Origin: Pecten maximus
Taxonomy: Eukaryota
Reading direction: 5' to 3'
Assembly: GCF_902652985.1 (NCBI RefSeq)
Contig: NC_047019.1
Span: forward strand, 20,956,001 to 21,020,000
Length of the DNA: 64,000 nucleotides
Shown here one piece after another: positions 39,604 through 53,181 of this stretch (positions are counted from its first letter, which is position 1; every line of letters begins with the position of its first letter). The notes beneath the pieces are model-generated. The model ran no database searches. It was not told the origin of the DNA and saw only the letters and a program-made list of their open reading frames with translations. A program made the position numbers and the translations under genes.

Positions 39604-42600
39604 ATCTCCATTATGACTGTGATGTTTATCGAATCTTACAAACTTTAATTAGAAAGAATCCAGAAACACAAAATGTTCGCTAGGTACATGTACAATCGTT
39701 GTTTCAAAACCAGTGATAACACAGTATATATGCTATAGAAATATGTCATTCGGACAGAAACATCATTATTAAGATGCTAGAACAATTACATGTGTATTGG
39801 ATCAATATGGTTCACGTTCATAAGCGTGTTATTTAGGTATATCTGTCCAACAACGAACTTAGAAGACTAATTGTGTCATCACAAATCTTATAATGCAACC
39901 CAATACGTACCTTATGGGCTGTACATAAAGGGTGTTTAAATAACAACTTAAGTGGTATAAATACCTATAATGTCAGTACCTTAGGTTCCAACGTGTATCA
40001 CATATCATACGAGGACTTTCAAGGGACCTGAATTCCTGTAGTCTCAATTAGACTCCGAGCCGAGAGGCGGCTCTGTGAGGTACAAACCGTTAAATCAGGA
40101 TTGGAAAGTACCCAAAAGTACGAAAAGATTCCGACCTGAGAGGGGTATTAATTTATAGGCCAGCTAGAGCTTCGTCGACATTACTGAAGTGTCCTCCACG
40201 TGATAGGTAAAGAAACTATATACTATGTATAGAGATAAGTTTATGTGTAGAAAGTGGCTATCGGTCGGGTAGGCATATTTTGTTAATAATGTGGCCAAAA
40301 ATTATCAACAGCCATTGAATGGCGATACACACCTCACAATAAGCTCTGACAGACGTACTGGGCTATCGGCGTGATAAACTGGGGACTACAGCTATGGTTC
40401 AATAGTATTATGTACAGGTTGTTAGGCAGGGTATAAGGTTCCATGTTGACTATCTGTTTCATTAACTTAAAGTATTTGATATACACCCTTTTTCTTTAAA
40501 TTAATTGCTTGCATATGTAACCTGCTTTGATTCCAATTATTATTTTTCGGTATAAATGTGAATTTATGCAGTATCTATCGAGAAAAGTGATACTCTTGGT
40601 GTGCCTTTTCCTAGAATGATATACGGTGATAATTGATTAGTTAGTAAGTTGTTTAACCATGACAACCTTATTCAACACGGCAAGGACACAAAGTTTGGAG
40701 ATTGATTACAGATTAAAACGTCTATCCGCCGTAACGTAGCAATCAAACGGTCTTTTAAGTCTAATTATCACATTACTGCCAGATGACTTTATTTACACGA
40801 GCTTTATTTAACTTCTCCGTTACAGAGGTTCGTAATAACGGTCTCGATCTTATTTGATAATTAGACATAATTGGATTTTTATTTGATCTACTGCCGAATG
40901 TGTAATGGCCGAGCCAATAATCAATTTGCTTTAGACGGCTATATGCTATTTAAATGGTTATAATGTAATTTCTTGTCATTGTCCGCTTATGAGTTTAATT
41001 TGTCAACTACAGTCGCGGGATTCCCGTATAAATTGATCGCATTGTGAGTTTTTATCAGCGACTCTTGATATCTTGAGTTGGTAAACTTAGACAGCGTTCA
41101 GAGTTTATTTGAAATATCAGAATGTATTAGTAATATGCTTCCTAATAACAGTTATTTGATTTCCAAATATGATTTCCTATAATTAATCGTGTGATTTTTT
41201 TGATTTTTCAAGTTAATGTTCGAGTCATACTTGGTAGAATGGGGCGTGTGGCTGCTGATTAGATTTCAAATTCAATTACGACGGAATATTCAATACACTA
41301 TTGATCATTACATTTTCACTATAGATATTTCTATTTTCACAGTTAAATAGACCAATATCAGAAGTATTTATGTACATCCAACAAAACAACCACATACATA
41401 CAGCGGCGTCTCCCGATAAATCGATTGGTTTTTATGTTATATTTGAGAAGTCGTACACTTTTGCTGACCCCACAACACGTCTTTGATGTTACCCCGGGAG
41501 TAGTAGACGGTCGTATTATATCGTGGATATGGTCCCAACGTCCTCTAAAGTCACCAATAAACACATTAAAATAAAGACACACATAAAGGTCCGCTTTTAA
41601 CGCAATCAGTGGGTGCGGATATTACACGAGTTTCTATTTAAATCAGAGACACGATCTGGGTATAGACGATAGTGGAGGGATGAGACAGTTAAATTTAATG
41701 TGTAGCGGCAAGGTCAGAATAGGGGCAGAAGGCCATTAAGATGTAGATAGCGAAACCCCTAAATGTGTATTGAATTTAGATATCGATTATGTCACTAAGT
41801 TTTGAATTCCAATACAGAATTATTACCTTCTAGAGAAGAATGAGCAAGAACTATTTCAGATTGACTTCTGGCACATAGTATCGTTATTCCAAATATTTTA
41901 AACTCTTAACGAACTGATTTTAAGCTCAATTTCAATCGGTTTAAGAAATAATCTCTATTTGGTTTGAAACTATGTCTGTATTTTAAAATTGTTGATATCT
42001 GTTTGTACAACGACGGGGCTGAATGGAAAATAGAAGCCTGTGAAACCAAAGTTCAGAGCGATTTCCTTGTGTCAAAACTTTCCTTTTCATGTAGAAGTGT
42101 TAAATTTTGTTTGACTGACCAAGTTACTGGTCAGATAATGTCCGTCAGCAGGTCCGGTTGGTCTACATGCAAACCTAAATACCGCTTCTATTGTACGCTA
42201 ATCTCAAAATACAACTCTAACTACTCCATATTAATCCGTGCTAGATCTGTAATCAAACCAACTTACCTTTAGGAAAACGATACCGATCCTCACTGACTTT
42301 CCAATAAACAAAACTTGTGCGATTTCTACATTGTTTTTAGCACCCAGTAATCACCGTTACCTTGTATATATCACCTCGTTTAGGTATTGAATCAGGTGAC
42401 AGGTATTTTACCTCGTCAAAAGTCACTTTCTCTGTGTATGATAGTTCTCTATGGAGGTACGCTTTAAGACTGACTAAAGGTACACATGTAAGTAAGGTAT
42501 ACCGTTAAATTACCTATAAATATATATACCTGTATATTGGGTGGAAAGCGATCACACCATAGGACCATGTACGTCGTCAATGGACAACTGCACCAAGTAT

Positions 42601-42677
42601 CGGTCGACCTTTAAATCTCCACCTTTTAAACTCAATTTGGGTTATTTGTTTTACTTTAAATACGACATAAGTCTTAT

Positions 42678-42910
42678 TTCGATAACTGAAACTCGGATAA
42701 CTCGAAGAGTCCGTTAACTCGAAGTATTTCTCTGGTCTCTGCCAAAATTCCTCTTTGCCATATTAAAAATTCGAACTGGGTCCTTTTTGTATGATCTATA
42801 TGTTGTATATATTTTTTAATGTAATTGACAAACAAAACACAGTTAAAACTAAAATTCGAACTCTGATAACAGGAAAAATGTGGATATCCCGAAGTTAAAT
42901 GTTGGTTCCG
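42678..42910 (+). mobile_element. Degenerate Tc1/pogo-type MITE fragment
   Basis: Repeated (c)ggataactcgaag / ttaactcgaagt motifs typical of CAGTCGAACCTCGATAACTCGAA-type termini; ends unresolved. Confidence 0.35.
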
Positions 42911-43785
42911 ACATAACAAAATCTGTTTAAAAAGTACCGCTAATCAAATATGACATGTAAAGAACCACCTCCCAATCCCCTTTTTTCTTCAGAAAACACA
43001 AAATATTTCGACTTGACTACATGATAGTGTTCATGAAAAAATCATGAAATGAAATTAATCAATTTCAATTTTTTTGGATTCCTTTGTGTTTATGGTTATA
43101 TACGTTTCTGATTTGACCCAATATCAAAGGGATATCTGACTTTGATATTATATATCAAACTTATTCATTAATACATATCATGATATGGTCAGTCGATGAC
43201 CAACATTTCCTGGACTCGTGACCGACATCAACTGGGTTTATGAGTATCTTGGCGTGGAGGCTGAAGCGTGGAGGTTGAAGTACTCGATAAAGTTGTGATA
43301 AAACCCCGGGAGGTGACTGGTTAGGATCATAACTCGTCCACAAAACATGTACCCGAGTACCAGGGCGCCCTGGTATGGGGCGTTCTGTTGTTATGGACTG
43401 GAGATAAAGTATAGAGTAATTATGGAGATGCGGTAACCGAAACAGCGAATGGTCAACATAAAACGGGGATAGAAATAGGCAACTAATTAATTTTGTGTCA
43501 TAACAGACGAATAAACATCAGTTTGTAACATTTTTTTTACCACAGGAACTATCTATGCTTCGACATTCGTTATGGAATATATACAACAAAAAATAGAGAA
43601 CTAACGTCAGAAAGAAAACGTGACTGACATAAACTAATCAAATAAATTGTTTTCTCTCAATACTTAAAGACAAAACTGAGTTTGTTCTCTGGATACTCAA
43701 AATAAAACTAGCATGTCTCTTTGTTAAAATACTACACACATACACTTTAGACAATATTCTTATTTTTATCTCAAAACAAACAATA

Positions 43786-45527
43786 CCACCCTGCACCATC
43801 CATACCACCCTGTATTACATTACATCAACATACGCCCCATACACCGCCCGGTATTACATTACACCATCATACACCCCATACACCACCCTGTATTACATTA
43901 CACCAACATACACCCCATACACCACCCTGTATTACATTACACCAACATACACCCCATACACCACCCTGTATTACATTACACCAACATACACCACCCTGTA
44001 TTACATTACACCAACATACACCCCATACACCACCCTGTATTACATTACACCAACATACACCCCATACACCACCCTGTATTACATTACACCAACATACACC
44101 CCATACACCACCCTGTATTACATTACACCAACATACACCACTCTGTATTACATTACACCAACATACACCACCCTGTATTACATTACACCAACATACACCA
44201 CCCTGTATTACATTACACCAACATACACCCCATACACCACCCTGTATTACATTACACCAACATACACCCCATACACCACCCTGTATTACATTACACCAAC
44301 ATACACCCCATACACCACCCTGTATTACATTACACCAACATACGCCCCATACACCACCCTGTATTACATTACACCAACATACACCCCATACACCACCCTG
44401 TATTACATTACACCAACATACACCCCATACACCACCCTGTATTACATTACACCGACATACGCCCCATACCACCCTGTATTACATTACACCAACATACACC
44501 CCATACACCACCCTGTATTACATTACACCAACATACGCCCCATACACCACCCTGTATTACATTACACCAACATACACCCCATACACCACCCTGTATTACA
44601 TTACACCAACATACACCCCATACACCACCCTGTATTACATTACACCAACATACACCCCATACACCACCCTGTATTACATTACACCAACATACACCCCATA
44701 CACCACCCTGTATTACATTACACCAACATACACCACCCTGTATTACATTACACCAACATACACCACCCTGTATTACATTACACCAACATACACCCCATAC
44801 ACCACCCTGTATTACATTACACCAGCATACACCCCATACACCACCCTGTATTACATTACACCAACATACACCCCATACCACCCTGTATTACATTACACCA
44901 ACATACACCACCCTGTATTACATAACACACAACATACGCCCCATACCACCCTGTATTACATTACACCAACATACGCCCCATACACCACCCTGTATTACAT
45001 TACACCAACATACACCCCATACACCACCCTGTATTACATTACACCAACATACGAACCATACACCACCCTGTATTACATTACACCAACATACACCCCATAC
45101 ACCACCCTGTATTACATTACACCAACATACGAACCATACACCAGCCTGTATTACATTACACCAACATACACCCCATACACCACCCTGTATTACATTACAC
45201 CACCATACACCACCCTGTATTACATAACACCAACATACACCACCCTGTATTACATTACACCAACATACACCAGCCTGTATTACATTACACCAACATACAC
45301 CCCATACACCACCCTGTATTACATTACACCAACATACACCCCATACACCACCCTGTATTACATTACACCAACATACGCCCCATACACCACCCTGTATTAC
45401 ATTACACCAACATACACCCCATACACCACCCAGTATTACATTACACCAACATACACCACCCTGTATTACATTACACCAACATACACCACCCTGTATTACA
45501 TTACACCAACATACGCCCCATACACCA
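43786..45527 (+). repeat. 39/30-bp minisatellite (ccaccctgtattacattacaccaacataca[ccccataca])
   Basis: Visible directly; both unit lengths are multiples of 3, which explains the GGVWGVCWCNVIQ ORFs. Confidence 0.97.
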
Positions 45528-47345
45528 CCTTCTGTCACGAAAACCACCTTTTGTCACCCTACACCACCTTTTGTCAACCTTAAACAACATTCCTTCATCC
45601 TACACCACTTTCCGTCACCAAAACCACCTTCTGTCACCCTACACCACCTTCTGTCACCCTACACCACCTTGTGTCACTCTACACCACCTTCTGTCTCCTA
45701 ACCACCTTCTGTCACCCTTCACCACCTTCTGTCACCCTACACCACCTTCTGTCACGAAAACCACCTTCTGTCACTCTACACCACCTTCTGTCACCCTACG
45801 CCACCTTCTGTCACGAAAACCACCTTCTGTCACTCTACACTACCTTCTGTCACTCTACACCACCTTCTGTCACTCTACACCACCTTCTGTCACCCTACAC
45901 CACCTTCTGTCACCCTACACCACCTTCTGTCACGAAAACCACCTTCTGTCACTCTACACCACCTTCTGTCACCCTACGCCACCTTCTGTCACGAAAACCA
46001 CCTTCTGTCACTCTACACCACCTTCTGTCACTCTACACCACCTTCTGTCACCCTACTCCACCTTCTGTCACCATAAACCACCTTCTGTCACCCTACGCCA
46101 CCTTCTGTCATCCTACACCACCTGCTGTTTCACCCTACAACACCTTCTGTCACCCTACACCACCTTCTGTCACGAAAACCACCTTCTGTCACTCTACACC
46201 ACCTTCTGTCACTCTACACCACCTTCTGTCACCCTACTCCACCTTCTGTCACCATAAACCACCTTCTGTCACCCTACGCCACCTTCTGTCACCCTACGCC
46301 ACCTCCTGTCATCCTACAACACCTTCTGTCACCCTACACCACCTTCTGTCACCCTACACCACCTTCTGTCGCCCTACACCACCTTCTGTCACCATAAACC
46401 ACCTTCTGTCACCCTACGCCACCTTTTGTCAGCCTACACCACCTTCTGTCACCCTACATCACCTTTTGTCAGCCTACGCCACCTTCTGTCAGCCTACACC
46501 ACCTTCTGTCACCATAAACCACCTTCTGTCACCCTACGCCACCTTTTGTCAGCCTACACCACCTTCTGTCACCCTACATCACCTTTTGTCAGCCTGCGCC
46601 ACCTTCTGTCAGCCTACACCACCTTCTGTCACCCTACACCACCTTCTGTCACCCTACACCTCCTTCTGTCAGCCTACACCACCTTCTGTCACCCTACACC
46701 ACCTTCTGTCACCCTACACCACCTTCTGCCACCCTACACCACCTTCTGTCACCATAAACCACCTTCTGTCACCCTACACCACCTTCTGTCACCCTACACC
46801 TCCTTTTGTCAGCCTACATCACCTTCTGTCACCCTACACCACCTTCTGTCACCCTACACCACCTTCTGTCACCCTACACCACCTTCCGTCATCCTACACC
46901 ACCTTCTGTCACTCTACACCTCCTTTTGTCAGCCTACACCACCTACTGTCACCCTACACCACCTTCTGTCACCCTACACCACCTTCTGTCACCCTACACC
47001 TCCTTTTGTCAGCCTACACCACCTTCTGTCGCCCTACACCACCTTCTGTCACCCTACACCACCTTCTGTCACCCTACACCACCTTCTGTCACCCTACACC
47101 TCCTTTTGTCAGCCTACACCACCTTCCGTCATCCTACACCACCTTCTGTCACCCTACACCACCTTCTGTCACCCTACACCACCTTCTGTCACCCTACACC
47201 ACCTACTGTCACCCTACACCACCTTCTGTCACCCTACACCTCCTTCTGTCTTCCTACACCACCTTCTGTCACCCTACGCCACCTTCCGTCATCCTACTCC
47301 ACCTTCCGTTATCCGACTCCACCTTCTGTCACCCTACACCACCTT
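45521..47345 (+). repeat. 20-bp minisatellite (caccttctgtcaccctacac), fused directly to the preceding array
   Basis: Visible directly. Confidence 0.97.
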
Positions 47346-48459
47346 ACTCTTTGCGTTATCTTACATTTTACAAGGAGATGTTCCGACCTTACCCATTACA
47401 TACTGGTTTAATAAGAGTTCAACTCAATATCAATAGTAAACTACCAGCATTTTATAATTGACATATGTTTTCCCTTCACCCTGTATTAATCTCCAGGGTG
47501 TATATCTACTATACCTATACTTAACAACTTAGATAACGTAGCTTTGTCGTATTCCACTCACTTGTAAAACGGATGGGGATCTATACTGCTGTGGTGAATA
47601 TTTAAATGGCTATAAAACCAGTGGATATTAACAATAACCACACAGAAATCATTCAGTGTCCGACTGTTGTATAAATGAAATAGCTTTCAGTGGCACAGTA
47701 TTTCAGTTTTACATGGTTAATTTTCAATTTCGTTTTGTGAAATATGATAGACATGGTAAGAAGTCCCGTTATGGAAAACTGCGTGACCAAATCGGACTTC
47801 TAAAGACATTTCTACAGCTATTCAACATTTTAAACCCACTGATAGTAAAGCCTGTTTATTACCAGTTTAAATAATATTGTATATTATAAGAAATACACGT
47901 GACAAAAGCCATTCATAAAAAAACTTGTGTTTTGAGAAGAAATAAAATATAAATTAAAATGGAAAAGATAATATGAAGCTAATTATAATTTCATCTCAAC
48001 TACCAACAGTAGAGTGAAAGTAAGGAGAAAGAAGCACTTTTGATTTGAAGTGATATTGTTGACCTTTTGACCCTCAAACCCGAAGGCAACCACAAGCAGC
48101 AAGTACATTAAATTTCATTAGTTTATTCATATGTTATTGCAATGAAACTTTTGTGTGAACGAGACAGTACAACCGACAAACGTCCCCGACAAAGTAACCT
48201 CATTAGTATGTCGCCCTGTACAAAATTAAAGAATATGATCACCTCAATTACTGTAGAGAATGTGAAAGAAGTGAAGAACAAATAAAAATATATTCAATAA
48301 CTTACTGAATTTATTGTTTGAATTTGAAAATAGGCACTAATCAATCATATAGATTAGTTGGCTATGGGGTATGGATCGTAAGGTATCTACTTAGTCGAGT
48401 AACATAACCCTAGTTCGACAATATTCCTTCACCTGTAAATTGTCATTGTAAAATACTGC

Positions 48460-49322
48460 AGAAATGGGGACTATATTTCCCTATCCGTCTTGTAACTAGC
48501 GTGTAGTATAATGCCATACGTACGTAATACTAAAGTTTGTCAGTGCACTATTGTCTTCATTCCTCGAGATATTTTGATCAAACTTCACACACATATAAAG
48601 GATAATAATATCTTGGGAAAGGTTTGAGTTTCAGAGTTGTTGAGTCAAGGTCAAGGTCAAGGTCAAGGTCACTCAGCATTCTAGCGTCTCCATTCCTTGA
48701 GGGATTCTGATCAACTTTGCACAATTACAAAGGGCCGTGATATCTGGGACATGTTCCGTGACATTTTAGAGTTGTTGGGTCAAGAACAAGGTCACCATTA
48801 CTAACTTTAGAAAATCCTTCTCAAAGCTCTAGCGTATCCATTCCTTTGGTCAAATTTCACACAATTACAAAGGACCATAATATCTGGACAATTTTGAGTT
48901 TTAGGTTTGTTCATGGTCAAGGTCACTGTAACTATTTTTTACAAACTCCTTTGTCAGCGATCTAGCGTCTCCATCCCCCGAGGGATTCTGATCAAACAAG
49001 TTTGAGTTTCAAGCTTGTTTGGACAAGGTCAATGTCACCGTTACTTTTTTTTTTAGAAAATACTTTTCCACACTCCAACAGTTTCCTTTGGGGGGTTTCA
49101 TCAAATTTCAGACTCTTATTTCGGATCAAAATATCTCTGACAAGTATGAGTGTTGGCTGTGGGTCAAGGTCACTGTTACTATATTTAGAAAAGCCTTGTC
49201 TGCGCTCTAGAAGCTTCAGTACTTCAGGGATTTTGATCAGACACTTGTAAAGGACCAAAATAGCTAGCGGCCGATAGGGGACGTGTGGTGCTTCAGCAGT
49301 ACTCAATATGCTTATTTGTTTT
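48460..49322 (+). mobile_element. Degenerate non-autonomous Helentron (HINE)-like element with internal repeats
   Basis: Several diverged units with ggtcaaggtcac...ctagcgtctccatt...gattctgatcaaac; ends ...cttatttgtttt. Confidence 0.5.
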
Positions 49323-49584
49323 TAGTCTTGGCCATGACTAAGGATACGACGATACAAGCGGGTATGTGGTCACTTTTTAAGGTTCAATCTCTAAAGTAAG
49401 CATGGTACCCTTAGAGTACCACGGTGTGCCTATTGTTTGTCCATAGTGTCCGAATTTTTTGTCCAAAGCATTAGTACTACCCTTGGACGTAAGAACTGTC
49501 CCCATTGTACGATATTAAAAGGCAACTAAATTTGTAATATCACTTTTCCTCTAAACAGCTTTATTCTTCCTAAAGTCTCCCTTG

Positions 49585-49900
49585 ACACTGTCCCACTTGT
49601 GGTCGTTAGTTGAGCGTTCACACTGTGAAGAAAGCTATGGGTTCTGTCTCCTGGCCAACACAAACCAGAATGAACAAAATGGTAGCTGATACTGTCGCTC
49701 AACACTCAGCATTTTTGGGAGAGGGACGACTGGTTTGCCCGTTGTCAGTATAATGTGACCGGGTGTGGTATGCTGTGCTGTGTCTTCGGCATGATGCTTC
49801 AGTGAGATAGCACTATAAAGTCAGCATAAGTTCTGCGCTATCACAGGGAAACAAACACGAATATATCAGCCTCCCAAAACACACACATACATACATCCAA
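49585..49900 (+). mobile_element. Degenerate tRNA-headed SINE, probably Meta/MESC-type core
   Basis: Decayed tRNA-like head, then gactggtttgcccgttgtcagtataatgtgaccgggt...ttcagtgagatagcactataaag and a CA-rich tail; family assignment from recall. Confidence 0.55.
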
Positions 49901-50092
49901 TAAACACATGAAATCCCACACTGGAAAGGCTTGACCCCGAGAAGTCAGCATGTTAGGACAATAGAGGAATCTCCAGAACAACATGACTGCCGTGTACCAT
50001 ACTATCAAACACGGACTTACATCCCAGGGGCAGGGCTATACTAAATCCTGAAAGCATGGTGACAATCACAGATATCCCACGAAATGAAAATA

Positions 50093-50311
50093 GATTGGTT
50101 TATTTTGTTTTATTCCTATCAACAGCAAGGGTCATTTAAGGACATGCCAGGTTTTGGAGGTGGAGGAAAGGCAGAGAACTCGGAGAAAAACCACAGACCT
50201 ATGGTCAGTACAAGGCAACTGCCAAAACGTGGGATTCGAACTCATGACCCAGAGGTGGAGTGCTAGTGATAAAGTGTCGGGACACTTTAACCACTCGGCC
50301 ACCGTGGCCCC
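50093..50311 (-). mobile_element. tRNA-headed V-domain SINE (BivaV-like), full length
   Basis: Minus strand GGGGCCACGGTGGCCGAGTGG (A box)...GAGTTCGAATCC (B box)...GGTTTTTCTCCGAGTTCTCTGCCTTTCCTCCACC (V-domain-like)...A-rich tail. Confidence 0.8.
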
Positions 50312-52650
50312 ACTGACAGCTGAATTACTCCAGATATGGATCTTATTGGCAGTTGAGCAAGACTGGGTTCAACCCGTGTATGCAGCTATATAGACATGGG
50401 ATCTTCCTCCTGGACCAATGACCCCTGTTCTTGATTACTTTTGGCTGTAGTAGAGGTAGGAGTCAAGAAATTGACACAAAATCAATTATTGCGGTTAGCT
50501 TTATTATGTATAACATACCACATCATCAGATGTAGGATGAATGACATGAAAACACCAAAACATCACATTTACAAAATATCCATTTGTAGAGAAAATCTAT
50601 TATCACAGTTGTGCTTAAATATTTCACATTTCCATTTGGTTGATCAGGTTTTGAGAACTTTCCCCTTACCCCAGAGTGTATGACTACCTGCTTCCAGGAA
50701 GTGACCTTTCAGTACATTTGGTCAGCGCGACTGCCCACACTGTCAGAGGACAATGCGAGTTACCAATCAGCACAGACACAAGCCATTGGGATGGGGTAAA
50801 CCTTGCCATTTTGGTTACTGATTTACTACAACATAACCTGGTAACCGCATTACTGTTTGGATATTTATCATTTTCTCTAGATTTTCTGGAAAAATTAAAG
50901 AAACTCTAACTTGTTATTTTTTTATCCCAGTTCAACAGCTTGAAGACGTTTTTAAAAAATATGTTTTTTATCATCTGGTTGTATTGGAGCAAACCTTCGA
51001 CTAGCACTTTGTGTTGTCGGATATTTTTTTTACACTGTGAAAACATGGAACACACATGGAATATGAACTGTAGATTCTTTGGTTATGCAACAAAACTTAT
51101 GCTTACATTCAAATCATCATCAAAACTTGCCAATACACAGCGAACATTTTCAGATACGATGACTTTTTTAATTAAACAGGCATTCCTTCGTTCCGACATC
51201 AGAAACATGCACAATCTCTATTGATGAAATCTATGTCCGAACAATAATTATATGAGTGTTTGTGCCTACAAGTAATGAAATTAAACCTAAAGTGTACATG
51301 AAAAAGACGTATCATACACAAACACTGTATGTCTTTGTGGTAATTAGTGATAGTTTGGGGCCAAATAAGAATTTTCAGGACTTAATACTCTAAGAACTTT
51401 AGTTTATTTTGAGAGTAAAACAGCCTTAGAATAGAATTAGATTATAACTTTTACTACTTGGAAAAAATACATCTTCCAGTAAATTTAATTTCGCAGACAT
51501 AAACTTATTCAAACAAAGGAATGCCACTTTAAGTTAGGAAAATATATGGATCCCTACTGTGAAGGGTATGAAAAACCTTGACAAATATCTCTGGTCTGCA
51601 GACTCTCAACAGTGAGACACTCCCCATATCTCTCCTCCCCTCATACTGGAGGACAAACTCTCCAAACATCAATCGTCTCCTATTATTATATTGATTCTTA
51701 AATTCATCCCAACTGTAAATAGTGTTGTCTACTTTTACCTTTGTGTTAGAGAGGGGAATATTATTTTTTCTCGGACAACATTTGATTGGGAACAAATATC
51801 TTTCATAAGCTATGATATAAAAGATACAACACTTTTGTAAATTGGACTTACGAAGGTCTGAAATATTTTATAAGTTACAAAGCTTTGTGAAATGGTACCT
51901 TGGAAGTTACTTGTAATACCTGGTAAATCATCTGAAAGTCTTTTACTGCTGTTTTCATCCAAACATAAAGAATCAGCACTAAGAAAATATCTATAAATAC
52001 TCACTGTTGTCTTTATTACAAATGCTGTTGCTGAGACCATACAAAGGTAGGTCATTCAATATTAAATGTAAAATTAAACTCAAGATGAAATTTCAATACT
52101 TCACCACAATTTGACTTTGGTCTCTTGGACAAAGTGAGCTAATATTATAGAAAACAGATATCATCGGCCAGTAAATTTTTCACCAGTATAACATGTATGG
52201 AGATGAAATAAGTTTTTATAAAACTATGATCTGCAAGATTTATAACATCCATGAGTAAAAACTGCAGAGTGCTTAAAAATTCTATCATTCATATAAAAAA
52301 TATTTTAAATAATCATAAAAATGAAATAAGTGAACACATCACAAATATAACATACACAGGTATATGTCTCACAAGTCTGGGATAATGTTATAAATTCTGC
52401 CATTCTGAACAGTATGTTTGCTGGGTTTATCGACTCGTGATCAACCAGGGTCATTTTGAGGTGGGGTCTTGTGCCTTTTTGCTTGTGTCTACCTCGCTGA
52501 AAAAAATGGATAATGCCATCCTGGGAAATTTGGGTAAAATAGTTTGTACCAGGACACAACCACACTTTAACTGCTATCTGTGATCTCAGCTTCCTGAGAA
52601 ACAAAAGCCATCCTAAGTAGGGAACGAACCACACACCGGAGGCCTATTAC
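50186..52650 (+). repeat. Tandem segmental duplication B, copy 1 (~2.46 kb)
   Basis: Collinear with 53062-55498; duplicated ORF translations in the track confirm it. Confidence 0.95.
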
Positions 52651-53063
52651 GGGTCTTTGGCGATTTAGAAGAAGTTGTTTAATTTTTTTAAGCATATTTG
52701 ACCCCTGTGACCTTGAATGAAAGTCAAGGTCATTCATTTGAACAAATTTGGTAGCCCTTTACCCCAGCATGCTACAGACCCAATATCAACTCCCTGGGAC
52801 TCTTGGTTATTGTGAAGAAGTCATTTAAAGATTTTAGCCTTTTTGACCCCTGTGACCTTGAATGAACGTCAACTTTATTCATTTGAACAAACTTGGTAGC
52901 CCTTCACCCAAGCATGCTACAGGCCCAATATTAGGTCTCTGGGCCTTTTGGTTATTGAGAAGAAGTTGCTTGAATGGAAAAGTTGACGCCGGACGGACGA
53001 CAGACGGACGATGGACGCCGCGCCACGGCATAAGCTCACTTGTCCTTTGGGCAGGTGAGCTAA
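52651..53063 (-). mobile_element. Truncated HINE (non-autonomous Helentron) at the duplication junction
   Basis: Two core repeats (tttgacccctgtgaccttgaatgaa...), GACG microsatellite, terminal hairpin agctcacttgtcc-ttt-gggcaggtgagct, ending in an A/T run. Confidence 0.8.
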
Positions 53064-53181
53064 AAACCACCGGCCTATGGTCAGTACAAGGCAACTGCCA
53101 AAATGTGGGATTCTAACTCATGACCCAGAGGTGGAGGGCTAGTGATAAAGTGTCGGGAAACCACTCGGCCACAGTGGCCCC
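53062..53181 (-). mobile_element. 5' half of the V-SINE, cut by the HINE at its T5 run
   Basis: Matches 50186-50311. Confidence 0.8.

Noticed and set aside
43867-47461. Long repetitive ORFs (GGVWGVCWCNVIQ; 596-aa His/Pro/Thr-rich), superficially like shell or adhesive proteins
   Set aside because: Stop-poor satellite units open in multiple frames, mostly non-ATG starts, frameshifts between blocks, no signal peptide or unique domain
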